Source: the human T2T-CHM13v2.0 reference genome, Homo sapiens | Length of the DNA stretch: 64,000 nt | Assembly (NCBI RefSeq): GCF_009914755.1 | Contig: NC_060939.1 | Reading direction: 5' to 3' (one strand) | In this document: positions 31,338-45,632 of the stretch, one piece after another | How the letters are laid out: every line of letters starts with the position of its first letter | Position numbering within the stretch: the stretch's first letter is position 1 | Program-made: the position numbers and the translations under genes | Notes under the pieces: model-generated | What the model was told of the DNA's origin: nothing | Seen by the model: the letters and a program-made list of their open reading frames with translations, nothing else | Databases searched by the model: none

Positions 31338-32279
31338 ATGTAGGATCAATGAGGAAAACCTTGAAAGATGTGACAGCAGCCTTGCTCAGTCCACAGGTGG
31401 ACTCACTATATTATGGACACAGTAAGTGACAGGGCTTTTAAATCACAAGCACCTTCCTTTTCCAACCCCCATCTACAACTGGGGAAACATCTCTGAACTA
31501 AGGGAAGAGCACTGATATGAGAAATCAGAGGTCAGCAACATATCAGAAAAGAAACAACTGAGAACCAAGAAACTGCCCCATATTTCAGATGAGATGGGAG
31601 AGGTAGAACAATATATACAAACGGCAAGAAAAAGATCAGATAGACTCTCCTCTCCTAGAGATCGCAATCAACTTGATTATCAACACCAGCCCCAAATTGT
31701 TTTTTATTACAAAGGTATGTAGACACAGCACTCTACCACTCCAAAAATACTAAGATGGAAAGAAATGAATCCCAAATTTTCAACAACTTATATCCCTTCC
31801 ACCATCTAAATTTCATTAGGTTAACAGGTCAGTAGCACATCTTTAAAAAGTATAAATAACTCTGTTAAAGTAATACCTGTCAGTCATTTTCACCTTGATG
31901 AAAATTATTAATGTTTCAATCAAATTTTCTTTTCTGTTTATATGTAGCTAGTTCTGGCTCTACAATTCTATAATTTCATGGTTTGATTTCACTGCATGCA
32001 GCTCTCTTTTATTATTGCAGGGCAAGGGTGATATTCAAAAGAGATGAAAGGAAACAAAGACTAATTTCACAGTAAGGGTAACGTGAGGCTACTACAAGTG
32101 GAATGAAGCCCAACGGCTCTCTTCTTTAGCCTGAAATCTAGGTTCTAGATAAAAATTGGGATGCGTATAAATTAAATTTAAAAGCAAAAGTATCCTACCA
32201 TGTTGCAGTAACTTAGCTTTTCCTTCCTTTACCATTTTGTGTCCTAAAACAACTCTGTGAGTAGAAATAGATAATGTAG

Positions 32280-32380
32280 ACATTATTTCCATTTTGCAAA
32301 TGAGGAACTGTGTTGTCTGAGAGGTTAAATCACTTGCTCAAAGTCACGGGTAAGGGAGAATTCAAAGTCTTCTAACTGCC
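32280..32380 (-). mobile_element. MIR fragment
   Basis: ccattttgcaaatgaggaact...gagaggttaaatcacttgctcaaagtcac. Confidence 0.75.
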
Positions 32381-32829
32381 GCTACTTCTTTTGTGAGACA
32401 AAAGTGTGTGATAGGATTTACTGTGTCCAAGAATGCTGCCGATTTAACGGGAAGGAATCCTGGGCTTTTGTACAGCAACACATTTACCTTCTCAAAATTA
32501 AAAAGTAAACCCATTATTTACAAATTACAACTTGCAATTAGATGGGAAGAAGTAAGCATGCTGATCTAGGATTTCCATTATGTGGCTGACACTAGGGAGG
32601 CCACGTCCATTCTCATTAGAATACACAGATTACTAACCTGACAGCAGCAGCAGTCCACAGACAGGTGTTTCTAGATGTAGTGTCCCCTGTGCTATAAATC
32701 CACAGCAGGATTGTCAGTGATGTGTCTGATGCTACAGCCACATAAACTAACTTTCCCCATCACTTAGATCAGGCATTTTTGCTACTACTGAACAGAAGAG
32801 AGTTCAGGAATTGACTTTGCTGGCGCTCT

Positions 32830-32977
32830 ATTTTTTTTTTTAATTTAATTTTTTAGAGACGAGGTCTCACTATGCTGTCCAGGCTGGTCTCAAAGCCCTG
32901 AGACCAAAGCTCAAGTGATCCTCCCACCTCGGCCGCCCAAAGTGTTGGGATTACAGGCATGAGCCACCACGACCGGC
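32830..32977 (-). mobile_element. Alu left monomer (FLAM)
   Basis: Single reverse left arm with T tail. Confidence 0.88.
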
Positions 32978-33349
32978 CCTGGGATTCTATTGGATGCAGC
33001 CAATTTCTTTGTCAAGATTGGCTCCATGCTGTTATTTAATCAGGTGTTTCCTACTGTGTAGACAAACCTAACAGCTCTCCATCTTAAAAAAGGAGTGAGG
33101 AATTGAGCTGGACAGAGATGTGCATTCCAAATTTTTCTTTCCTTTTCATAAAGACTTGATCGTCTTATTTATCTGGATTGGCCATACACAGTAATCTCAC
33201 TAGCTGACAGTTGCTTAGTAAACACAACTGAAGGACAATCCACTAAGAAATGTCACATTTCTTTTAAACTCTGAAATCCTATATCCCAGTTCCACATCTT
33301 GCTTTTCAAGTTTCTGTTTTAACTATCCAGCTTCATCACTATCTACTTT

Positions 33350-33645
33350 CTTTCTTTTTCTTTTTCTTTTTTGGAGACAGGGCCTCGCTCTGTTACCCAG
33401 GCTGGAGTGCAGTGGTGCAATCTTGGCTGGCTGCAGCCTTGAACTCCCAGGCTCAAGTGATCCTCCACCACAGCAACCCCCGGAGTAGCTGGGATTACAG
33501 GCACTCCACCACCGCGCCTGGGTAATTTTTGTATTTTTTGTAGAGATGGAGTTTTGCCATGTTGGCCAGGCTAATCTCAAACTTCTGGGCTCAAGCGATC
33601 CTCCTGTCTCGGCCTCCCAAACTGCTAGGCTATAGGTGAGAGCGA
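33350..33645 (-). mobile_element. AluJ
   Basis: Reverse dimer; TSD tatctacttt at 33340 and 33648. Confidence 0.92.
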
Positions 33646-34130
33646 GGTATCTACTTTTGAATCTAGTCCATCTACTCACCAACCTCCCACACCCATTGTG
33701 AAATTACTACTACTACCCACAACCCTACCACACAACACTGGACCTATTTCCCATTGGTGAGTGGGTATCCTTCCTCTGAGCAAATGGACTTCCTACTTCT
33801 TTCTAGATCCATTCTCTTCCTGCCTGGCTTTCAGCTTCTAGTTTTTCTTGCTTTTTTCTCCCTTTATTCCTATGTTTATAGTTGAAAGCTAAACCACAAG
33901 AGTGAGTTCAGTAAATATTTTTTGAGCTTCCACTATGCATCTAAGTAAACACTTCAGAACCAGCATATATCCTCATAGGAAAGAGCTACTTCTTCCTCTG
34001 AAACCCCCTGGAAATATGCCCAGGTAATAGGGAAGCACATGAAAGGTAAGCGACTTCCTGACTGAATAGACCAATTGCACTCAGTTTTGTGGCAGTGGAT
34101 ATAAAAGAAATATGAAGAACCTCTCGTCAG

Positions 34131-34418
34131 TGGGGCACAATGACTCACACCTGTAATAGCAATGTTTTGGGAGACCAAAGTGGAAGGATCGCTTGAGACC
34201 CGGCTGGGCAACATAGTGACACTCCATCTGTACAAAAACTTTAAAAATTAGCCTGGCATGGTGGCACACGCCTGTAGTTCCAGCGACTCAGGAAGCTGAA
34301 GCAGGAGGGTCACCCGAGCCCAGGAGGTCAAGGCTGCAGTGAACCATGATTATCGCATCACTGCACTCCAGCCTGGGCAACCAAATGAGACCCTGTCTCA
34401 AAATAAATAAATAAGTAA
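34131..34418 (+). mobile_element. AluJ
   Basis: Diverged dimer, (AAAT)n tail. Confidence 0.9.
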
Positions 34419-34607
34419 AAATAACTAAAAGTATAATTGGAATGTTTGTAACACAAAGAAATTATAAAGGCTTAAGGTGATGGATACCCCATTTATCCTG
34501 ATGTGATTATTATGCATTGTAGGACTGTATCAAAATATTGCATGTACCCCATAAATATATACACCTACTTTGTACGCATATGTTGTTTTTCTTAAAAAAA
34601 AAAAAAA
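34419..34607 (+). mobile_element. L1MA 3'UTR fragment
   Basis: ggtgatggataccccattt...atgtaccccataaatatatacacctact. Confidence 0.85.
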
Positions 34608-36203
34608 TGACCATTTTAGACGACTCCTGACATAAACACAGAAAAATGCTACCAAATGTCCTCCTTTTCCATTATGGTAACAGCATATTCCCCCCACTGG
34701 TGACAAAGTGGCAGAAACTGCTACAGGACCAAAGTAGAATCAGATGGTATCAATAAAACTGCCAACTTCATCCAAATATTCTCCAAAGCTTATTAAGTCT
34801 CTGAAAGACGATTATACAGAGATCACTTGGCAAGGGCTTTCTTTCGCAGGCCCTTCCAGTCACAATGCTGGGTCTTTGGGTTCAGCCTGGCAGGGTCAAA
34901 AACAGAAGGAAATCAGAGAGAAATTTGCCAACTCTTCCACACTGACTACAAGAATGATTTACTTATCAGACTGGCATATATGTCTCCCTCATTTTGCTCC
35001 ATCCACTTAGATGTCTCACGTACAGGTCACACTTTCAGAAACCTCATAGAGAATTGCCAAGCAGACAAAGGAAGCCTATTTGCAAAAAACACATCCACCA
35101 ACTCCTCCTCGCTAAGAATATCCCTGAAGAAGTTCTAACACATTTATTAGTGTAAAGATTTAACACAAAGATTGTCTCAAAGAGAACATTCACACCACAC
35201 TGGGTCAAACCGTGAAAGAGAAAAACAAGAGCATTCTTGTGGCATCTAAGCCTACTCAGAATAATCTTTATTCATTATTTGCATAGCTCATGGCTTTATA
35301 TTTTTATTATTAAAGTGCAATTTTGACGTTCAAATTTAAGAAGAATAAAGAACAAGATTTGGCACCACTTGGTGGATATATGTACTATCCTTGGTATGTA
35401 GTAAAAGGTGGACTAGCATCAAAGAGTGTGAAAACGACTCCAAGCTACTTTCAGACACTTCAGCTGGCAAGCGCAGGCTGCTACAGTATGAGATGTAATC
35501 TGCCAAATACCACAGAATGCAAGATTTTACGGATTTTGAAAGAAGCAAGTGATGATTCTGTGGCCACATCAGGAGAGCATGTTTTCTGCATCAATAAATC
35601 TGTGCCGAATATGAATAAAAAAAAAACCCACTTGGTTCTACCTCAAGGGCTGCTTTTCACCATTGTCCCACACATAAGCCAGGGCTGGAAAAGTACAAGA
35701 GACCCGGCCAGGCTTGCTCTCAGATCTCTTTGAAGTCCCCCACCTGTTTTCCTAGCTACTTGGAGGCCACGATGGACTTACATTTAAACTATATTAGACC
35801 TCATGCCTCAGAGATAGGCCACTGCTAAGCAGCCTGAGCATTTATTTACCAATTAACTTAGTCCGGCATTTTGAGAGGTAGTGGGAGAGACACGGACGCA
35901 TTCAAATGACTCCCCTTGAGATGTCAGGAAAGAACCTGTATCATCTGAAGCCATGTGTGGCCCTGATTCATGCGGAGGAATGAGTGTCACGGACTATAAG
36001 CGGTGCTGTCTGCACACACTTGTTCTGATGCCTTTCCAATGAGAACCCGGCTGTGTGCTGTGGGCTCTCTCTGGTCACACAAAAAAACAAGTCCTGCAGC
36101 AACTCAAGTGTGCTACCCCCTCTCCCACTACACCCAAAATATTAACACAAAAGCAAAAAAAAAAAAAAATCTTGAAACTTTTTCTGGAATTAAAAAAAAA
36201 CTA

Positions 36204-36506
<303 letters not shown>

Positions 36507-36703
36507 CCTAGATTCAAAGGGACATACATAAATAAGGTAAATAAGGTTTATTTATGTCCCTTTAAAACTAGCAGTCAGGCTTTCATAAGTATCTTTTATT
36601 TTTAAAATTATGTGTTTTTAATAGTACTTGAATTTTGGACATGTGTTGGATCATCTGAGAATTCTCTGATACCTCCAGTAATTCACATAGTACACCCCTG
36701 GTC

Positions 36704-37126
36704 TTTTTTTGTTTTGTTTTGTTTTTTAATTATACTTTAAGTTCTGGGATACATTTGCAGAACGTGCGGGTTTGTTACATAGGTATACACGTGCCATGAT
36801 GGTTTGCTGCATCCATCAACCCATCATCTACATCAGATAATTCTCCTACCCCTCCCCTAGCCCCCCACCCCCTGACAGGCCCCAGTGTGTGATGTTCCCC
36901 TCCCTGGTCCACGTGTTCTCATTGTTCAGCTCCCACTTGTCAGTGAGAACATGCGGTGTTTGGTTTTCTGCTCCTAGGCTGGTTTGCTGAGAATGACGGT
37001 TTCCAGCTTCATCCATGTCCCTGCAAAGGACAGGAACTCATCCTTTTTTATGGCTGCATAGTATTCCACAGTATATATGTGCCACGTTTTCTTTATCCTG
37101 TCTATCATTGATGGACATTTGGGTTG
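36704..37126 (-). mobile_element. L1PA 3' end fragment
   Basis: ttatactttaagttctgggatac...gtgagaacatgcggtgtttggttttct...gatggacatttgggttg. Confidence 0.93.
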
Positions 37127-37663
37127 ACAACTCCTAGTTTTAAAAAAAAAAATCTATGCTTATATAATACCTCCTTGCAGTTACTGAATTGTACAGTTAT
37201 TGAATTGTTTATCTTTTACAAAGCACTTCTACTTTATTTCATTTGATTCTTATGGAGGTGTTTTATTATTATGAATATTTCCGTTTTACAGATGTAAAAA
37301 TGGAGGGAACTGATTAAGATGACAAGAGCCAGGATTCAAACCAGGGCTCCACACTCTAAATTTCTATTGAATAATTTTTAAGTTTCCTAAGTTTACTACA
37401 GGTATGAAAACAAAACATAAGGCAGGCAATTATGATGAAACCTGCTCTGCTCAGGAATGGAGTTGTGTTATCCATATCTACAACTGCTGAGCTTGATTGT
37501 GATTTTTCTAAACATGAACATTCATCAGATATAATTCGTATAATATAAAGCACATGGTTTTATTCTGTTCTACAATTTCGCATTTGGCAGAAAATAGAGC
37601 TTTAGCCTACATTATGAAACTTAAAAGAACATTCAGACTACTATAGTCAAAAATATTTCGCTC

Positions 37664-38020
<357 letters not shown>

Positions 38021-38915
38021 TCAATAAGGCAAATCACTTAAACATCCTCCATACATTTCCCTGTCCATGATGTGGCTAATATGGTTAAATTAAACTCCTT
38101 TTTTTCCTCCTACTCAACTGAGAAATGTCAGCGAAGAGTGTAAATTAATCAAACAAAATCCTTCTAAAGGAAATAAGCTCTGTGGTCTTTGCAGAGTCAG
38201 GTAATAGGTGTAACTAAAGTGGCCCTATATTGACAACTGCATTGTGAGGCAAGGCAAGAAAAAGTGTTCAAGTCTAAAAAAAAAAACAAAAATGAATAGA
38301 TTGCTTAGGAATTTGGTAGCTGTCTCTACTTACAAATGAATTTCTATTTTCATTAATATAATTTTTTATAATAGCTATATAAACTAGATCAGTATTGACT
38401 TTTTTTTTTTTTTTTTGCTTGAAAGAGGAGTTGAAATGTCTTCCACAGCACATAGTACGTTCCTGACTCCCAGATCTGTGCTGAGCAAACTTTCTGAGTT
38501 TTTCAACCTTGGTCAATGAGAGGACTGTGTTTATTATAAATCCATGAAGGGATATCACCTGCTGAATTGCAGAGAACAGAGAAAAATGTTTCCTCTCTGG
38601 TTTTAGAACATCTCCTCTTAAGCTCGCTCCATAAAACACTCAGCCAACCCTGCCTGCAAGATGTCCTCAGTGCTGAGCCAGGACTGTCTCTATGGGCTCT
38701 CAGGAGTATTGGGGCTGGTCTCCAACCACCCTGCTAAGCTGGGAAAAACAGTAGGGGAGTTTCAACTATTGCTAACCTGTAACCACTTCCCACAGGCAGG
38801 AGGAGCAAGGTCCTTGAAAACCCATTTGGGTAAAAATTTAGAATGATATGGGGCAAACAGTGCAAGAGAACCAAAGACAGGGGTGAAACTACCTACAAAG
38901 GTCTATCAACATCTA

Positions 38916-39273
<358 letters not shown>

Positions 39274-39821
39274 TTATTCAACTTGAAGTAGTAATAATGG
39301 GTACTAAACTCTTCCATTTTATCAAACCTCAATAGACAGAAACCTTTCAGAGCCTTCCTCTCCACTGGTTCTAATGGATGGTGTGGAATGATACACAGTG
39401 CTTGGATACAGATTTTATGTGTAACAAGAGATGTTTTCCTGTTCCTGGTTTTCTAACCAAATATTTGACTGACCTTCTGGTTTCCAAATGGAGACAGAAA
39501 TGTAAGATAGCTTGGTTATTTGACGTACAAAACCTTTGACCTAACTGACTCCATACTGTAGAATTGGTATTTCTCAACTTCACTACCCCGATATTCACAG
39601 TAGTCCAGCCTCCTATTGACTGCCTTCATCCAGAACACAGCCCCTCCCAAGAGACACAAAAGGGCAGCTCTGGGCATGTTAGGCTCCCATCCCAGACATT
39701 CTTCATGTTGATTCATCTGTGTTTCTCTCCTAATAGGGTTGTTCAGTCACCCAGTTTCCTTCTCGTTCCTATAGTCAACTTCCAATTAAAAGGTCTCCCT
39801 ACTAAGAATTTTAAAAATTCA

Positions 39822-40430
<609 letters not shown>

Positions 40431-40627
40431 TAGCAATTTTTTAAACCCCGCCTGATCGTTAAATTAAATAAGGCAAACTTTTCACATTAACCTTTTTTTT
40501 TTTGAGGTTCTATTTCCGTGATGTGCTGTGTTTTTGTTTTACTTTCTCTAGACAGTCTAATTTCTATGGACTATTGGAAGGAGGAGGAAAATTGTCAGGA
40601 AAAAGTAATACTTGAGTTGGTTTTCTA

Positions 40628-40635
40628 TGACGTCA
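40628..40635. promoter_or_regulatory. Consensus CRE (TGACGTCA) motif
   Basis: Exact palindromic CREB/ATF site in non-repeat DNA; function unproven. Confidence 0.3.
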
Positions 40636-40855
40636 CTCACTGTGTTTTTACCATGTGTAGTATCAAATAACAGTAGCATCAAATGACATGTTTACAATTG
40701 CCTTTGCAAATAACTGCCGTTTCTAAGTTCATTACTCCTCTTACTATTTTTTATTTCTAATTTGCTTGGACATTTAATGTCCAAAGTAAAACTAACTTTA
40801 TAATATTTGGTTTTTATTCAGGAATAAAATCAGGAAGGATTTAAGAAAAATCTTC

Positions 40856-41189
<334 letters not shown>

Positions 41190-41190
41190 T

Positions 41191-44100
41191 CATTTTAATT
41201 TTTAATTTTTGGGCATATATAAGTAGGTGTATATGGATATTTTGATACAGGCATGCAATGTGTAATAATCACATGATCGAAAATGGGGTATCCACACCCT
41301 CAAGGATTTATCCTTTGTGTTTCAAAAAATCCAGTAATACTCTTTTAGTTATTTTTAAATGCACAAATTATTATTGACTATAGTCGTTCTGTTGTGCTAG
41401 CAAATACTAGATTTTTTTTTTCAATAACATTTAAAATACACTTCATGAATTTGCATGACATCCTTGCTCAGGAGCCATGCTAATCTTCTCTGTGTCATTC
41501 CAATTTTAGTATACGTGTTACTGTGAGCATGCAAATGCTAGCTCTTATTCATTCTATTATTTCTAACTATTTCTTTGTACCCATTAACCATAACCCCTGT
41601 CTCCCCAGTTCTCCTTCCCAGCCTCTGGTAACCATCATTCTATTCCCTATCTCTATGAGTTCAATACTTTTAATTTTTAGCTCCCACAAATAAGTAAGAA
41701 AATATGAAATCTGTCTTTCTGTGCCTAGCTTATTTCACTTAACATAATGACCTCCAGTTCCATTCATATTCTTGCAAATGACAAATGACAGGGTTTCATT
41801 CTTTTTTATTGCTGATTAGTACTCTGTTGTGTATCTGTACCACATCTTCTTTATGTGATGAATGATTTCATTCATCATTTGATGGACACTTAGGTTGATT
41901 CCAAATATTTGCTATTGTGAATAGTGCTAGGATAAACATGGGAGTGCAGCTATCTCTTCCATATGCTTATATCCTTTCTTTAAGGTATACACCTACCAAT
42001 GGAATTGCTGGATCATAAGGTAGCTAGCTCTGTTTTTAGTTTTTAAGGAACCGCCCTTCTGTTCTCCACAGTGGCTATACTCATTTATATTTCCACCAAC
42101 GGTGTATGAGAGTTCCCTTTTCCCCTTTTCTTCACATCCTTGCCAGCATTCATTATTGCCCGTCTTCTGGATAAAAGCCATTTTTACTTGGGTGAGATGA
42201 TACCTCATTGTAGTTTTCATTGGCATGTCTCTGATTTTCAGTGGTGTTGAGCACCTTTTCATACACCTGTTTGCCATTTGTATGTCTTCTTTTGAGAAAT
42301 GTCTATTGATATCTTTTGCCCATTTTAAAATCAGATTAGATTTTTTCCTACAGAGTTATTTGAGTTCCTTCTGTATTCTGGTGATTAAACCCTTGTGAGA
42401 TGGAAAGTTTGCAAATATTTTCTCCCACTCTGTGGGTTGTCTCTTCATTTTGTTGATTTTTTCTTTTGCTGTGTGGAAGGAAGCTTTTTAACTTGATGTG
42501 ATCCCATTTGTCCAAAAAATCTTTGCTTAGACCAATGTCCTGGAGTCTTCCCAATGTTTTCTTTTAGTAGTTTCATAGTTTGAAGTCTTAGATTTAGGTC
42601 ATTAATCCATTTTCATTTGATTTGGTGAAGTGTGTTGCTTGTAGGCAACAGATCCTTGGGTCTTGCTTTTTATCCATTCAGCTATTCTATGTCTTTTGAT
42701 TGCAGAGTTTAGTCTATTTACATTCAATGTTATTACTGATAAGTGAGGCCTTACTCCTGCCACTTTGTTATTTGTTGTCTGGTTGTTTTGTGGTCTTCTC
42801 TTCCTTCTGTCCTTCTTTCCTATCTTCCTTTAAGGTGATTTTCTCAGTTGGCACATTTTAAATTCTTCCTTTTTATTTTCTGTGTACCTGTTGTATGTTT
42901 TTTAGATTTGAGGTTACCATGAGGCTTGCAAATAACATCTTATAACCCATTATTTTAAACTGATCACAACTTAACATCGATTGCATAAACAAAAAGCAAA
43001 AAGACAACCAATAAAAACTCTATAATTTTGTCTCCCCACTTTTTAACATTTTGTTGTTTCTATTTATCTTACTGTACTGTCTATGCCTTGAAAAGTTATT
43101 ATTTTTTATGGGTTCATCCTTTCATCTTTCTATTTGAGATATGTATAGTTTACACACTACTATTATACTGTTATAATATTCTGTGTTTTTCTGTGTACTT
43201 ACTATTACCAGTGAGTTTTGTACCTTCAGATGATTTCTCATTGCTTGTTAACATCCTTTTCTTTCAGATTGAAGAACTCCCTTTAGCATTTCTTGTAGGA
43301 TAGGCCTGGGGTTGATAAATCCCTCAGCTTTTGTTTGTCTGGGAAGGTCTTAATTTTTCCTTCATGTTTGGAGGATATTTTTGCCAGATATACCATTCTA
43401 GAGTGAACTCTTTTTTTTTTTTTAATGCTTCAGCACTTTATGCCACTCTCTCCTGGCCTGTACAGTTTCCACTGAAAAGTCTGCTGCCAGACGTGTTGGA
43501 GCTCCATCATATGTTATTTGTTTATTTTCTGTTACTGCTTTTAGGATCCTTTCTTTATCCTTGACCTTTGGGAGTTTTGTTATTACATGCCTTGAGGTAA
43601 TTTCCTTTTAGTTAAATCTGCTTGGTGTTCTATAACCTTCTTGTACTTAAACTTTGATATCTTTTGTTTGGGAAGTTATCTTATTATCCCTTTGAATAAA
43701 CTTTCCACCATTATCTCTCTCTCTCTACCTCCTTTAAGGCCAATAATTCTTGGATTTGCCCTTCTGAAGCTATTTTCTAGATCTTGTAGGTGGGCTTCAT
43801 TCTTTTTTATTCTTTTTTCTTTTGTCTCCTCTGACTGTGTATTTTCAAATAGTCTGTCTTCAAGCTCACTAATTCTTTCTTCTGCTTGATCAGTTCTGCT
43901 ACTAACAGACTGTGACGCATTCTTCAGTACGTCAATTGCATTCAGCAGCTCGAGAATTTCTGCCTGATTCTCTTAACTTACTTCAATTCCTTTGTTAAAT
44001 GTATCTGATAATATTCTGAGTTCCTCCTCTGTGTTACCTTGAATTTGAGTTTCCTCAAAACAGCTATTTTAAGCTCTCTTTCTGAAAGGTCCCATATCTC

Positions 44101-44928
44101 TGTCTCTCTGGGATTGACCCCTGGTCAATTTATTTCATTTGGTAAGGCCATGTTTTCCCAGATGGTTTTGATGCTTGTGGATATTCATGGGTGTCTAGGC
44201 ACTGAAGAGTTAAGAATTTATTGTAGGCTTCACAATCTGGAGTTGTTTGTACCCATCCTTCTTGGGAAGGCTTTCCAAGTATTCAAAGGGACTTGGTTGT
44301 TATGATCTAAGTTTGTGGACACCACAGCCGTATCTGCATTATGGGGTACCCCAAGCCCAGTAACACTGTAGTTCTTGCGGACTCGTAGAGGTACTGCCTT
44401 GGTGGTCTTGTGTAAGATCCAAAAGAACTCTCTGGATTACCAGGCAGAGACTCTTGTTCTTTTCCTTTACTTTTTCCCAAACAGAGTTTTGCTCTCTGTG
44501 CTGAGATGTGTGGAGCTAGGGGAAGGGTGACAAAAGCACCCCTATGGCCACCACCACTGGGGACTGCAGGTCTGACCTGAAGCCAGCACAACACTGGGTC
44601 TTGCCCAAGGCCTGTATAATTATCTGGCCTATGTTCCCTCAAGGCCCTAGGGCTCTACAATCATCAAGTAGTGAAGCCAGCTAGGCTTGTGTCCTTTCCT
44701 TCAGGACAGCCCTGGGCCCAGGTAGGTCCAGAGATGCTATCAGGGAACCAGGGTCTGGAGTCAGAAATGTTAGAAATCTACTGAGTACTTTATTCTACTG
44801 TGGCTAAGCTGGCACCAAAACCACCAAAGTCCTTCCCACTCTTACCTCCCACCTTTCCCCAAGCAGGTATCTCTTCCCGTGTTCTCCACCCCACAGGCCC
44901 ACGGGGAGTGCTGCCAGGGCACCACCAA
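41191..44928 (-). mobile_element. L1MA-like element: 5'UTR, ORF1, ORF2 start, large internal ORF2 deletion, ORF2 end, 3'UTR
   Basis: Reverse strand near 42630-42765 encodes an endonuclease N-terminus (ITLNVN...IKRHRIAEWIK...CCLQ); ORF 41993-42277 is ORF2p C-terminal-like; flanks tcaaagaacataaaatt / tcaaagagcataatatt. Confidence 0.92.
41433..41530 (-). pseudogene. U6 snRNA retro-pseudogene (RNU6-like)
   Basis: Reverse complement matches U6 (...TACTAAAATTGGAA..ACAGAGAAGATTAGCATGG..CTG.GCAAGGATG.CA.GCAAATTC.TGAAG); poly-A and TSD gcaaatactag / gcaaatgctag. Confidence 0.95.
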
Positions 44929-45504
44929 TCAAAGAGCATAATATTTAGATTCAATAAATACAAGCAGCCATTAGCCAGTCAATAGGCACTAGAATCAATA
45001 GGTACTAAAAGACCAAGAACTCAAACCAGCATGTCATTTTTTAAAAATCAACTCATCTGTTTGCATATTGATAGGATATGACCAGAGCTTTCAAAATAAC
45101 TTGAAGTACTTTATTTAGAAAGACAAACAGAAAAAATTTTAAATGCCTAACTTTTTATGAAGAAAAAACATCAAGAAAGAAAGAGGCTTGACCAATCGGG
45201 TAGACAGAAGAGCCACTTCTCCCTGAAGATGAGGGACTTCAGAAGCCACAGCAGATTAAACACACTGAGCCCACTGGAAGCTCTTTTCTAAAAGCAATCA
45301 GATAATGGTACACAGAATGGCTAACAGATCAGACAGGCAGTTGAAGTATTTAAATGAGAGAGAGAGAAAAAAAAAAAACCTAAGCAAAGTGCAGAATATT
45401 GCAGAAGAAATACAGCATAAAAAAGCAAAGGTATCAGGACTGAGAGTTTAACTCTTACCACACATTACCCTCTCTGAGCCTCAGCTTTCTCTTGGGGAGC
45501 CTCA

Positions 45505-45632
45505 AAATCCTGTGCTCAAGGGATTCTCCTGCCTCTGCCTCCTGATTAGCTGGGACTACAGGCACATGTGCCACCACACTCAGCTAATTAAAAAAATGTT
45601 TTTAGAAATAGGGGTCTTACTATATTGCCCAG
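45505..45632 (-). mobile_element. Alu internal fragment
   Basis: gctcaagggattctcctgcctc...gggactacaggc...ttgcccag. Confidence 0.8.

Noticed and set aside
41433-41530. Functional U6 gene
   Set aside because: Multiple substitutions and deletions, poly-A/TSD hallmarks, and L1 sequence upstream instead of a PSE/TATA promoter
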